Shown here piece by piece: positions 49,619-62,567 of a stretch of DNA of 64,000 bases. The notes beneath the pieces are model-generated. The model had not been told where the DNA came from and did not search any database. It was given only the letters and a program-made list of their open reading frames with translations. The position numbers were made by a program, and so were the translations under genes. Position 1 is the stretch's first letter; every line of letters begins with the position of its first letter. Origin of the DNA: Felis catus (Eukaryota); assembly GCF_018350175.1 (NCBI RefSeq), contig NC_058368.1:194372001-194436000 (forward strand), read 5' to 3'.

Positions 49619-51711
49619 TTTTAAAAAACCAACCATTAAGAAATAGAAAGTAACAAGAAACTGAGAGAACTAGATTTTTAATGGGTAACTAAAGGGATGC
49701 CTACAGATAAATAAAATTACTGAAACTTAAAATTCAACAGATTTAACCACCATGGTTGGCAAAAGTTAAAAAAAGCTATTAATAATGAGTTTGGTAAGGA
49801 TGTAGAGCAATGGGAACTCATATACTCCTAGCTAGGAGTGCAAATTGGTACAACCATTGAAAGCAAAAGTCAGCATTACGTCATAAATGGAAAAGGCTCA
49901 CACCCTTCTATCCCCAAGCAATCCTGCAATTCTGCTCCCTAAATACCTCAGAGAAACTCTTGCCATCATGTAATAGTATCAGCTCAAAAATCTTTTCTCT
50001 GTTCATAAAATTTTATCATGTAATCAATGGGAGAATTGAAAAGTTGTGATGTATTTATACAATGCAATACTATAAAATAGGAATAAACAGGTGTCAACAT
50101 GAATGGATATCAGGAGAAGACACTTTAGAGGAAAAAAGAAGGTTGCAAAACAATCCAGTATGGGTCCATTTTTATTAAAGTCAAAAATTTGTGAAACTAG
50201 CTACTATATTACTTGCTATATGTGATTATGCAATGACATTTTTTAAAAAGAACATGAAATTCCTCAAGAAATGAAACTTTACCTGATTCCAAAATCAGGA
50301 GTAAAAAGTTGTATTTCAGTAGAAAACAAGTTTATTAGGTGTACTTCTAGATCTCATTTTTACTTTCCCTCTATCTGTTCCTATTGCCTCACATAGCAGA
50401 TAAAATTAAAATCACATAAATTAACTATCACATTTACCAACCTACCTACCTACTGTTCTTATTTTTTCCTTTGACCATGTAACTTGGGTAGGACTGCCTA
50501 TTTGTATAGATTTTTCTCCCTTTATTTTTTGGATGGCAGTGTAACTTCCCATTGTATATCATTTATTCAATCAGATTTCTATTAATGGTTTTATTTTGTT
50601 TTGTTTTATAAATATGGTGCTGAAAAAAATCTTGCACACAAGTTTCCTATCTATTCTAGCATATAGGGGGAAGATTCCTAAGATTGGGATTATTAAAAAT
50701 ATGTAATTTTATAGTAGATTACCAAATTCCTCCTTCATGGGGGTTGGACCTTTCGGCACTCTGTCCAGTAATGTGAGAAAAGGACTGTTTTGGCATATTC
50801 TCACCAAAAGAAGCAGACAAAAAAACTATCTTGTTAAACACACTTTTTTTCTAACATGATAAAAAAAAGACTCTTACGGAAACAAGAAAGAGCTGTCTCC
50901 ACTAGCAAGGAGTATGGAATCCACCTCCCTTCTCCCCTGGTTTCAGGCCCAAACCGTCTTCACTTATGGAGGGCCAAGAAACTCAAGTCAAGGGTTCTAC
51001 ACTACCACCATTGGAGGATGGCAGGAAACTTGCTCTCAGACAAGCCCCTCTGATAAAAGGCAGAGCTTGGAAACCTTGGAGGGAGCAACAGCCCCACCCC
51101 TGAGGGGTACACAGGGGCTGCCTAAGACAGAGGCTGCAAGAGAAAAACCCTTGTGCCCATCGCAAGTAACAAGCAAAATCTGTCTACACTACTCAGTTGG
51201 TAAGACCTTTCAAGGGATTGGGTCAAGTTCCCTGGAATAACATGGATCTCCAAGTAGGAATCAGGAGATGTTGCCAGTGGGGTGAGTGTTCCCTAGGGAA
51301 CTATTTCCAAATGTCTAATCTAAGCAAAATTAGATTATTCTTCTAATGAGAGAATAAAATAGGCTTGGGGTGTTCTTTTGAGGATTACAACTCTGTAAGT
51401 GGAGAGCTGTATGCCTCTATAGTGACTTGAACATTCTGATATAACAGGTCTTTCACTAAATGCCCAGTGAAAGGTGAGGGTAGACTGGAGAAGAGGAATA
51501 GCTTAGGTAGCTAGGTTCTAACTTGGCAGGCAAGACCGATCCTGTTGATTTGGTGGAAGAACAAAGACTTTCAAGATGTGGCTTTCCTTGCCCACTTTCT
51601 CACCCTCTGAGCTCTTCCAGTGCTTTAACTCTAACTGTGCTTTAGCATCTGGTTATCATTCCACGGTCAAGTTAGGTGTCTACAGTTAGAAGTCTTCTAA
51701 ATTGAGAAGCA

Positions 51712-51918
51712 GGGGCACCTGGGTAGCTCAGTTCTTTAAGCGTTGGACTTCAGCTCAGGTCGTGACCTCGCAGCACGTGAGTTTGAGCCCCGCATCAGGC
51801 TCTGTGTGGACAGCTCAGAGCCTGGAGCCTGTTTCAGATTCTGTGTCTCCCTCTCTGCCCCTCCCCCACTTGCACTGTCTCTTTTGTGCACACCCTCTCT
51901 CCCAAAAATAAACATTAA
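51712..51918 (+). mobile_element. Can-SINE
   Basis: Flanks aaattgagaagca / aaattgagaaaca. Confidence 0.92.
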
Positions 51919-53450
51919 AAAATTGAGAAACAATACTATCACAAGTGCCTAAGGGTCGACTCTAGTTTTTTGTTACCATTTTACGGACTCTTCCATCATT
52001 GCTTAGGGAGATTCATAAATGATCAGCAGCTCCCCACTCGGTACAGTGACACATTCACCTTTCTCCCAATGGCCCGTCAAGTTTGACAGATAGCCCTTGA
52101 TGTGACTATAGTAAACTGAACTTCATGGATGCTGTTTAGTGATGCTCTAGACATACACAGGATGTCCCAATCCTTGAGCAGAAGTAGAGAGGAGGAAGTT
52201 ACCCCAAAACTCAGCAGCTGGAAAGTTGGGCCTCAGAGCTGAATTCAATTTGATATAGAGAAATGAATTGATGTGTTTTTTTTTTAATATATGGATATGT
52301 GAAACAAAATTCAGACTTGTCACACATAAATGAGTTTCAAGTACGCATTAGGGAATAATTCAATAACAAAACTGTAAATTCCCAACTTTCTTCAAATCTT
52401 CTAACAAGTTTTATTTGATCAATTAAATACATATTTGATTTCAACAGAAAGGTTTCAAGCAGAAATGAGGACAATTTGTCTCATATGTCATGACAATTAC
52501 ATTTCTGACCTAGCCAACAAATCGTTCCACTTAGAGACCTAGAGGGACTGAATGATCTTTAAAGGTCCCTGGAATACAAATATGGACACCTTTATAAATG
52601 TATTTCAGTGCCGCTGAACATGGTGAGGTTGGTTCCCTGCCCCCACCCCCAAATGCTGAGGATACACTCTGAAATGGTACAATCCTTTTTAGTAGACATT
52701 ATTCCACCAATGCTTTCTATTTAAGAGGTCCACTGGAGACTGTGATAGTTACACCAGTTTAAGGAGAGTTGGCAAGAGAGAGAAATCCAATAACCCAACT
52801 GCCATGAAAAATTAATCTAAATGTTAATACTTCCACATTCTAGACCCCTCTGGGTCTGGGTTTGAAAGAAGGGAAGCAAGGCAGAATGTTATCAGGGGGA
52901 ATTGCTACTGCTAGACCAACAGCACCTGAGGAAACATTGTAAGATCTCCTTCATGATAGGATGAAATCCAATTAGAACCTGGCCACACAGGTAATGCCTT
53001 TCAAGTAAATCAATGCATGACCTTTCCTGACACCTATACTGAAGACTCCAGCAGAAGGTGAGGAGAGTTACCACCTAGGAGCTGCTTAAACAGAATATTC
53101 CTCATTTGTGTGTCTCTTAATGAGTGACTCTATCCATCCACTGGCATGGAAGAGGAGCCAAGGACATACTTAACCCTATAACAGTCACTAGAAGGTTTTC
53201 ATAACCAACCACACATGGTATTTTTAGAGCACTTGACTATTGACAAAACAGCCTCTTGCTCTCTCTCCCCACCCACACATAACACCACATACATACACCC
53301 ACAGGTTTTATTTCCATACCTCAAGAAATGTATAGTTTAGATGGTGGGTGGGAGAGTGAGAACACACTAATACCCTTAAAATTATTAAGTGAAAATATGC
53401 AACTCATTTTATACTTTAAACCTAAGTTAAATACTTGCTGTATTCCAGGA

Positions 53451-53686
53451 TTTTTTTAAAATTATGTTATGTTGGAGAGAGAAAGCATGAATAAAGGAGA
53501 GGCAGAGGGAGAGAGGGAGAGAGGGAGAGAGGAGAAAGAGAGTAGGGGAGAAAGAATCCTAAGCAGACTCTGCATTGTCAGCATGGCCCAACACAGGGCT
53601 TGAACCCACCAACCTTGAACCACAAACCACAAATCATGCCCTGAGCCAAAGTTGGATGCTTAACCGACGGAGCCACCCAGGTGCTC
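53451..53686 (-). mobile_element. Can-SINE with rearranged B-box region
   Basis: rc head gagccacccaggtgctcc; AG tract; ccagga flanks. Confidence 0.85.
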
Positions 53687-54199
53687 CAGGAATTGTTTTC
53701 TTTACAGGTGAAATTTCATTAAACAATATATGCAAAGCTGGTACCCTGTACAGTGCTGAGAGGCACTAAGGATACAGTAATTAGCTTAAAAAAAAAAAGT
53801 CAAAGACTTATCCTGTTCTTACACTTTGGTTAGGAAGACAGACATCAAAAAACCCTACTAATGAATGCACAAAAGAACTGGGAGGAGTGACCTTAAAGGA
53901 AAAGATAGCTTATATTTGCACATGTAAGAAACTGACTTAATGACAGAGGTCAGGAAAGCTTTCCTAAGTGACCTATGAGGTAAGGTAACAATGCTAAGTA
54001 GCCATTTCATTGCTAGAGAAACCGAGGCTTAGAGATTAAGGAATTCCCAAGGTCTCAGTGCTGATAAACGGACAGACTCAAACCCAGGACCCTCCAAATC
54101 CAGAGCTCCCCTGCACCATTATTATTTTTTTTTTAATTTAAAGATTATAAAATTGGTTTATTGTGAAAGCAATTCAAGAATACCCAGTTAAAATCTTAT

Positions 54200-54720
54200 C
54201 CCGACGCTACCCGATACAACCAGGAAGCACTTAAACACTTTTACGTTAGGAACGAGGACATACAACAAGAAAGGCCACATCAGAGCTGTGATCAGAGGAA
54301 GAACTCCTAGGTATCTGTCAGGTCATCAGTACAGAGGGCATGACAAGGTCAAATATGGCGGCCGTCAGGTGCCTCAGCACCAAGGTGTAACCGGGCGAGC
54401 TAAAGTCGAGGCGACAAGAACTCCTATTCCTGTTTTGTGGCTGTACTGAAGTGACTGAAACTTTAGGAACAACCACCTTTAATGACAGCGAGTTGCAAGG
54501 CCAGTCTTTACGGAAGAAAAAGAAATTCATCAAGTCCTCTACCAAGGTCCCACTGAGTCCTCGAGACCCCTGCCATGCCCCCCCCACCCCACCCCCCGCC
54601 CCCGGGCCTAAGCCTACTCTGTGGCTGTTTCAGATGCAGCTTACTGGCAAACTGGGAGTGCCTTCCGAGTAGCTCTGACCTTCAGCACAAGAGAAAAAAC
54701 AACATGCTGGATCGTCCATT
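54200..54720. promoter_or_regulatory. Candidate enhancer/promoter: CpG-retaining non-repeat segment with nuclear-receptor and YY1 motifs
   Basis: Local CpG excess; CAAGGTCA at 54344-54351 abutting AATATGGCGGC at 54352-54362; C-rich GC-box-like tract at 54578-54606. Confidence 0.4.
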
Positions 54721-55829
54721 TACTCAATTATGCATTCTAGGTACAATTTCATTATTGCTCTTAAAAAAAAAAAAAATTTCTCAAAGGACAATCCCAGGAC
54801 AGGCAACATCAGATTCACCTGGGAACTAGTTACCAATGCAAATCCTCTATTCCCAGCCGTCCTGCTAAATTAGAAACACTGGGAGTGGTTTGGCAAGCAC
54901 TCCAGAAGATTCTGAAGCACAGGTGTGAGAGCCACGGAGCTATGGTATTGCAGGGGAACAAGGGTTTCAGAGCCATTAAAAAAAAATGTCATAAAAGCTT
55001 GACTTAAGTCCACTTGGTATTAATGAGTTCACCTTTTTCTCTTGGTCCTGCCCATCATCATACTTTTATTGTCTGAAAGTAAATCCCTTGCCTAAAAAAT
55101 GCTGCCTCCCTCTAGAAACAAATTTCCCAGATAGATACTATCTACACAACTAAAGTTGTAGTTTCGTTAAAGAAGCCTGGTGAAATACATAAATACATAA
55201 ATACATAAAAATACTCTTAACAAATAGCCAGGTGGAGGAAAGGCGTTTGTAATTCAACCATGGCCAGGGTCTTTGTTCTAAAACCAATCCGTATGTTATT
55301 TAGCAGTGAATAAGAAATAAGACATAAATACAATGGTTTAAGTACTTAATTTTTCTAAACATTCATTCCAATCTTATTTACTTGAACCATAAAATGTTGT
55401 AGGAAATTGGATTTGCTCACTCTGGCTGCATATTAACCCTAATCCCTTACGACAACCTACTACTCCGAAATTCACCGGATGTGTGTGAGCCTAACACATG
55501 ACACCACATCCTGAATGGGTTCCCCTCTGAGGCAGTGGGTGCCTACTGCTCTCCTCTACAGCTGTGCAAAGGACATGACATTGTCAATGGTAGATTCTGA
55601 TAGATTCCCTCAACCTAATGCCAAGTCTCATTTCTTGTGAGTTCACTTTCTTCACCTTTTTCAACTTTGTGTGCTGCATCAGACTGATTTGCTCTTTCAA
55701 ATTTTGTGCATCTTGGGCATTGTGGTTGTCTTCTCAAGGTGTATTCTCCCTTCTCATATGCCCCCTTTTTTTTTAAAGCCATCTGGACCTCTCCCTGCAA
55801 TCTACATGTTTTGGAAGAAGCCTACCTCC

Positions 55830-56260
55830 TTTCAAAGGTAGGGCATGTGACTCAGGCATAATCCAATCAGCATATTGCCATCTCTGACCAATCAAAATCA
55901 GACCACTAAGAAGGGAGGCACGATTTTGCTGGAACTTTAAGGGAAGAAGCTTCCTTGTTCTTCTAGAGAAGGCTTCTTGAAGAGACCCCTTCTCTCACTG
56001 TAGCTGGATGAAGAAGGCTGTTGCCCCAGGAATTGTTGGCAGCCCTATTTTCACCACAGGAAAAAGCTGGTTAAGGCCGAGTGCTAAGGGGAGAGTGATG
56101 TAGACGGGTACTTGATGGTATCATTGAAAGGTTGAACCAAACTAGCCTTGAAATTCACTTAATCTCTTGATTTGCCAGTTATTTGAGCCAATACATCTCC
56201 TTTATTGTTTAAGTCAATTTGAACTTTTTTTCCCTATTTGTAGCCCTAATGCATCCTAAA
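55830..56260 (+). mobile_element. MaLR (MLT1-type) LTR relic
   Basis: gggcatgtgactcagg...ccaatcag; tgagccaatacatctcctttattgtttaagtcaatttga. Confidence 0.55.
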
Positions 56261-57520
56261 TGATATTGATCATTCCATTAAGCAGGGCGATTTGGCAATG
56301 TTCAAAAGCCTTAAAAATGTATGTACCCTCTGATCCAGCAGTTCCTCTTCTAGGAATTTATCCTAAGGAAATAGGTGAACAGCTATCAAGATTTATAAGC
56401 ATAAGTCTCACAATATTTTTTTAGAATAGAAAACCTAAAATGAATTTCTAGCAGGCAGCTAATCAAGCATTATACTGGAGGATAATGATACCACTGACTA
56501 CCATGCAGCCATGGAAAAGAAGGTAACTACACAGATTTTACAGTGAAAGCTGCACCTCATGAAGTAAACAACAACAACAACAACAAAACCCATAGGTGAT
56601 AGATAGCATTTTATTAATCCATTTTATTAAATGCTGCAAAAAAAAAAATGCTAATGCCTTTGAGCTTTCAGCATCAAAAGCTTTGTACACATTTTGCAGA
56701 GCTTTTTAGCTCTGGCTGCATCAAAATCAGCTGGAGAACACACGTGCACAGGCACACACAAAACCATCCAAACCAGCACAGTTAAGTCAGGCTCTCTGGG
56801 GAAACAGGACCCATGCAGAATTTGAAAAGCTCTTGGGTGACTGTAATGCACAGTGAAGACTGAAAATCATGGTGTTAGCTTTTATTCTCAGGACAATGTC
56901 GTATTTGTAGCAACTTCCTCGTACAGTTGAGGAAATCTTAGAAAAGTGAAGCAACTGGTCTCTTCTAACCCAAAAGATCCTTGATTTTACAGAGGGCTAA
57001 CTTTAAAAACCACCATCTTGACCAGAATATCAAATTGTCTTTCAGTGACCAAGAGTGAACATGGGAGGAATTTGGGTGCAAAGAATAAAGGCCTGAAGAT
57101 TCACAAAAGCATTGTTATATCACTGGGTGGTGAGATTACCAATAATTTAGATACTTTCTTACAAATTTAAATGTTACTTTTAATACTGAGTATGCCTTTG
57201 TAAAGGCATGTACATGTGTGTGTGCATGTTTGTATACACACGTGTATACATGTCGTATCATGGTTATGGCTGGCACCATTATTTTATTACTTTTCAAAAC
57301 CTCTGCTAAGTCTGTTACCAGCATATCTATAGAAGTGTTGTCCAGATCACCCCATCTTTTCTGGGGAGAAGGCTATTCCTTCTGAATATCAAAGTGCTTC
57401 CTATTATTCCCCATTTGCCTCAAAATGCTAGCACTGAGTTCAAAAATAACATTTTCATATATAGGAAATAATCAACAAAAACAAGCAGCACAAGAATATG
57501 AAGGCTTACAACACAGGCTG

Positions 57521-57522
<2 letters not shown>

Positions 57523-57565
<43 letters not shown>
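57523..57565. repeat. (CA)n microsatellite, about 21 units
   Basis: Direct reading. Confidence 0.95.
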
Positions 57566-57568
<3 letters not shown>

Positions 57569-57800
57569 AATGAGAATCTAGCTCCTAAACATGGTCAAAT
57601 CATTTGGGCATCATTTATTTTTTTAATTTTTTTTTTTCTTTTCGGGATGAGCCAAGATGGCGGAACAGCATGGAAGCTTTTTGTGTGTCTCGCATCCGTG
57701 AAATACAGCCAGATGAACACTAAACCATCCTACACACCTAGAAAACTGATTGGAGGATTAACACAACAATCTGCGCAACCTGAGCCACATAATTCAGCAG

Positions 57801-58648
57801 GAATTCACCCCAAAAGAAGGAGCATGAAGAAACGACAGCCAGGGATTTAACCAACACAGATACAAGCATGATGTCTGAACCAGAATTTAGAATCACAATA
57901 AGAATACTAGCTGGAGTTGAAAACAGATTAGAATCCCTTTCTGCAGAGATAAAAGAAGTAAAAAAGTAGCTAGAATGAAATTAAAAATACTATAACTGAA
58001 CTGCAATCACGATGGATGCAGTGGTGGCAAGGATAGATGAGGCAGAACAGAGAATCAGCGATATAGAGGACAAACTTATAGAGAATAATGAAGCAGAAAA
58101 AAAAAGGGAGATGAAGGCAAAAAAACACGATTTAAGAATTAGGGAAATCAGTGACTCATTGAAAAGGAACAACATCAGAATCATAGGGGTCCCAGAAGAG
58201 GAAGAGAGAGAAATAGGGGTAGAGGGGTTATATGAGCAAATCATAGCAGAAAACTTTCCTGACCTGGGGAAAGACACGGACATCAAAATCCAGGAAGTAC
58301 AGAGGACCCCCATTAGATTCAACAAAAACTGACCATCAGCAAGGCATATCATAGTCAACTTCACAAAACACTCAGGCAAGGAGAGAATCAGCAAGGGAAA
58401 AAAGTCCCTAACCTACAAGGAAGAAAGATCAAGTTTGCAGCAGACCTATCCACAGAAATTTGGCAGGCCAGAAAGGAATGACAGGATATATTCAGTGTGC
58501 TGAATCAGAAAAATATGCAGCCAAGAATTCTTTATCCAGCAAGGCTGCCATTCAAAATAGCAGAGATAAAAAGTTTCCCAGACAAAAATTAAAGGAGTTT
58601 GTGACCACTAAACCAACCCTGCAAGAAATTTTAAGGGGGACTCTCTGA
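57801..58648 (+). pseudogene. L1 ORF1p remnant lacking its start codon
   Basis: (R)NSPQKKEHEETTARDL...EPEFRITIRILAG...NIRIIGVPEEEE...KLKEFVTTKPTLQEILRGTL*, with several frameshifts and stops. Confidence 0.9.
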
Positions 58649-58766
58649 AGGGAGAAGAGATGAAAATACAAGTGAATGAATGAATGAATGAATGAATAGA
58701 TACCAAAAGCAACAAAGATTAGAAAGGACCAGAGAACACCACCAGAACCTCCCTACAAGTATCATA

Positions 58767-61700
58767 ATGGCAATAAATTCATATCTTTCAGTACTCACTC
58801 TAAACGTCAATGGACTCAATGCTCCAATCCAAAGGCACAGGATAACAGAATGGATAGTAAAACGAGATCCATCTATATGCTGTTTACAAGAGACCCACTT
58901 TAGACCTAAACATAACTTCAGATTGAAAATAAGGGGATGGAGAACCAACTATCATGCTAATGGTCAACAAAAGAAAGCCGGAGTAGCCATACTTATATCA
59001 GACAAACTAGACTTTAAAATAAAGGCTGTATCAAGAGATGCAGAAGGGCATTATATCATGATCAAGGGGTCTATCCACCAAGATGACCTAACAATCGTAA
59101 ACATTTATGCACCAAATGTGAAAGAAACCACATATATAAATCAATTAATTACAAACAAAGAAACTCACCAATAGTAATACCATAATAGTAGGAAACTTCA
59201 GCACCCCTTTCACAGCAATGGACAGATCATCTAATCCAAAAAATCAACAAGGAAACAATGGCTTTGAATGACACACTGGACCAGATGGACTTAACAGATA
59301 TATTCAAAACATTTCATCCTAAAGCAGAATATACATTCTTCTCCAGTACATGTGGAACATTGTCGAGAATAGACCACATACTGGGACACAAATCAGCCCT
59401 AAGTAAATACAAAAAGATCGATATCATACCGTGCATATTTTCAGACCACAACATTATGAAACTCGAAATTAACCACAAGAAAAAAATTTGGAAAGGTAAC
59501 AAATACTTGGAAACTGAAGAACATCCTACTAAAGAATGAATGGGCTAACCAAGCAGTTAAAGAGGAAATTTAAAAGTATATGGAACACAATGAAAATGAT
59601 AACACCACAACCCAAAATCTCTGGGACGCAGCAAAGGCAGTCATAAGAGCAAAGTATATAGCAATCCAGTCCTTCCTAAAGAAGGAAGAAAGATCTCAGA
59701 TACACAACCTAACCTTACGCCTTAAGGAGCTGGAAAAAGAACAGCAAATAAAACCCAAAACCAGCAGAAGACAGGAAATAAAGATTAGAGCAGAAATTAA
59801 TGCTATCGAAACCAAAAAAAAAAAAAAAAAAAAAACCAGAATAGATAAATGAAACCAGAAGCTGATTCTTTGAAAGAATTAACAAAATTGATAAAACACT
59901 AGCCAGTTGGATAAAAAAGAAAAAGGAAAGGATGCAAATAAATAAAATCAAGAATGAAAGAGGAGAGATCACAACCAACACAGCAGAAATAAAAATACTA
60001 GGAGAATATTATGAGCAATTATATGCCAATAAAATGGGCAATCTGGAAGAAATGGACAAATTCCTAGGAACATATACACTACCAAAACTGAAACAGGAAG
60101 AAATAGAAAATTTGAACAGACCCATAACCAGTAAGGAAATTGAATTAGTAATCAAAAATCTGCCAAAAAACAAGAGTCCAGGGCCAGATGGCTTTCCAGG
60201 GGAATTCTACCTAACAGTTAAGGAAGAGTTAACACCCTCTCTTGAAGCTGTTCCAAAAAATAGAAATGGAAGGAAAACTTCCAAACTCTTTCCATGAAGC
60301 CACTATTACCTTGATGCCAAAACTAGACAGAGACCCCACAAAAAGAACTATAGACCAATTTCCCTGATGAACATGGATGCAAAAATCCTCAACAAGATAT
60401 TAGCCAACCGGCTCCAACAATACATTAAAAAAATTATTCACCACGACCAAGTGGGATTTATATCTGGGATGCAGGGCTGGTTCAATATCTGCAAAACAAT
60501 TAATGTGATTCATCACATCAATAAAAGAACAGACAAGAACCATATGATACTCTCAATAGATGCAGAGAAAGCATTTGACAAAATACAGCATCCTTTCTTG
60601 ATAAACACCCTCAAGAAAGTAGGGATAGAAGGAGCATACCTCGAGATCATAAAAGCCATATATGAACGACCCAACGCTAATATCATCCTCAATGGGGAAA
60701 AACTGAGAGCTTTCCTCCTAAGGTCAGAAACAAGACAGGGATGTCCACTCTCGACACTGTTATTCAACATAGTATTGGAAGTCTTAGCCTCTGCAATCAG
60801 ACAACACAAAGAAATAAAAGGCATCCAAATCGGCCAGGAGGAGGTCAAACTTTCACTCTTCACAGATGACATGATACTCTGTATGGAAAACCCAAAAGAT
60901 CCCACCAAAAAACTGCTACAATTGATTCATGAATTCAGCAAAGTTGCAGGATATAAAGTCAATGCACAGAAATCGGTTGCATTCCTATACACCAACAATG
61001 AAGTGACAGAAAGAGAAATCAAGGAATCAATCCCATTTACAGTTGCGCAAAAAAATAATAAAATGCCTAGGAATAAATCTAACCAAAGAGGTGAAAAATC
61101 TATACTCTGAAAACTATAGAAAGCTTATGAAAGAAATTGAAGAAGACACAAAAAAAAAAATGGAAAAAGATTCCATGCTCCTGGATAGGAAGAATATTGT
61201 TAAAATGTCTATACTACTCAAAGCAATCTACACATTCAATGCAATCCCTATCAAAATAACACCAGCATTCTTCAGAGCTAGAATAATTCTAAAATTTGTA
61301 TGGAACCAGAAAAGACCCTGAATAGCCAAAGCGATCTTGAAAAAGAAAACCGAAGCAGGAGGCATCACAATCCCAGACTTCAAGCTATACTACAAAGCTG
61401 TAATCATCAAGACAGTATGGTACTGGCACAAGAACGGACACTCAGATCAATGGAACAGAATAGAGAACCCAGAAATGGACCCACAAACGTATGGCCAAAT
61501 AATCTTTGACAAAGCAGGAAAGAATATCCAATGGAATAAAGACAGTCTCTTTAGCAAGTGGTGCTGGGAAAACTGGACAGCAACATGCAGAAAAATGAAT
61601 CTGGACCACTTTCTTACACCATACACAAAAATAAACTCAAAATGGATGAAAGACCGCAATGTAAGACAGGAAGCCATCAAAATCCTCAGGAGAAAGCAGG

Positions 61701-62567
61701 CAAAAACCTCTTTGATCTTGGCCCCAGCAACTTCTTACTCAACATGTCTCCAGAGGCAAGAGAAACAAAAGCAAAAATGAACTACTGGGACCTCATCAAA
61801 ATAAAAACCTTCTGCACAGTGAAGGAAACAATCAGCAAAACTAAAAGGCAACCGACAGAATGGGAGAAGATATCTGCAAATGACATATCAGATAAAGGGT
61901 TAGTATCCAAAATCTATAAAGAACTTATCAAACTCAACACCCAAAAACCAAATAATCCAGTGAAGAAATGGGCAAAAGACATCAATAGACACTTCTCCAA
62001 AGAAGACATCCAGATGGTCAACTGACACATGAAAAAACATTCAACATCTCTCATCATCAGGGAAATACAAATCAAAACCACAATGAGATACCATCTTACA
62101 CCTGTCAGAATGGCTAACATTAACAACTCAGGCAACAACAGATGTTGGCAAGGATGCGGAGAAAGAGGATCTCTTTTGCATTGTTGGTGGGAATGCAAGC
62201 TGGTGTAGCCACTCTGGGAAACAGTATGGAGGTTCCTCAAAAAACTATAAATAGTACTATCCAATGACCCAGGAATTGCACTACTAGGCATTTACTACAA
62301 GGGATACAGGTATGCTGTTTCGAAGGGACACATGCACCCCTCCATGTTTATAGCAGCACTCTCAACAAAAGTCAAAGTATGGAAAGAGCCCAAATGTCCC
62401 TTGATGGATGAATGGATAAAGATGTGGTATATATACACAATGGAGTATTACTTGGCAATCAAGAAGAATGAAATCTTGCCATTTGCGACTATGTGGATGG
62501 AACTGGAGGCTAGGTGCTAAGTGAAATTAGTCAGAGAAAGACAAAAATCCTATGACTTCACTCATGA
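58767..62567 (+). pseudogene. L1 ORF2p remnant (endonuclease and RT), many lesions
   Basis: [38 protein letters not shown] motif reads FTDD instead of FADD; broken into many ORF-track pieces. Confidence 0.92.

Noticed and set aside
55615..55800. Processed pseudogene of a small CxxC protein (RRQPQCPRCTK)
   Set aside because: Only one CxxC, no recognisable parent gene, and no poly(A) or TSD.
57205..57255. Purine-pyrimidine alternating quasi-palindrome as a hairpin RNA
   Set aside because: Low-complexity decayed (TG/CA/TA)n; self-complementarity is expected from composition.
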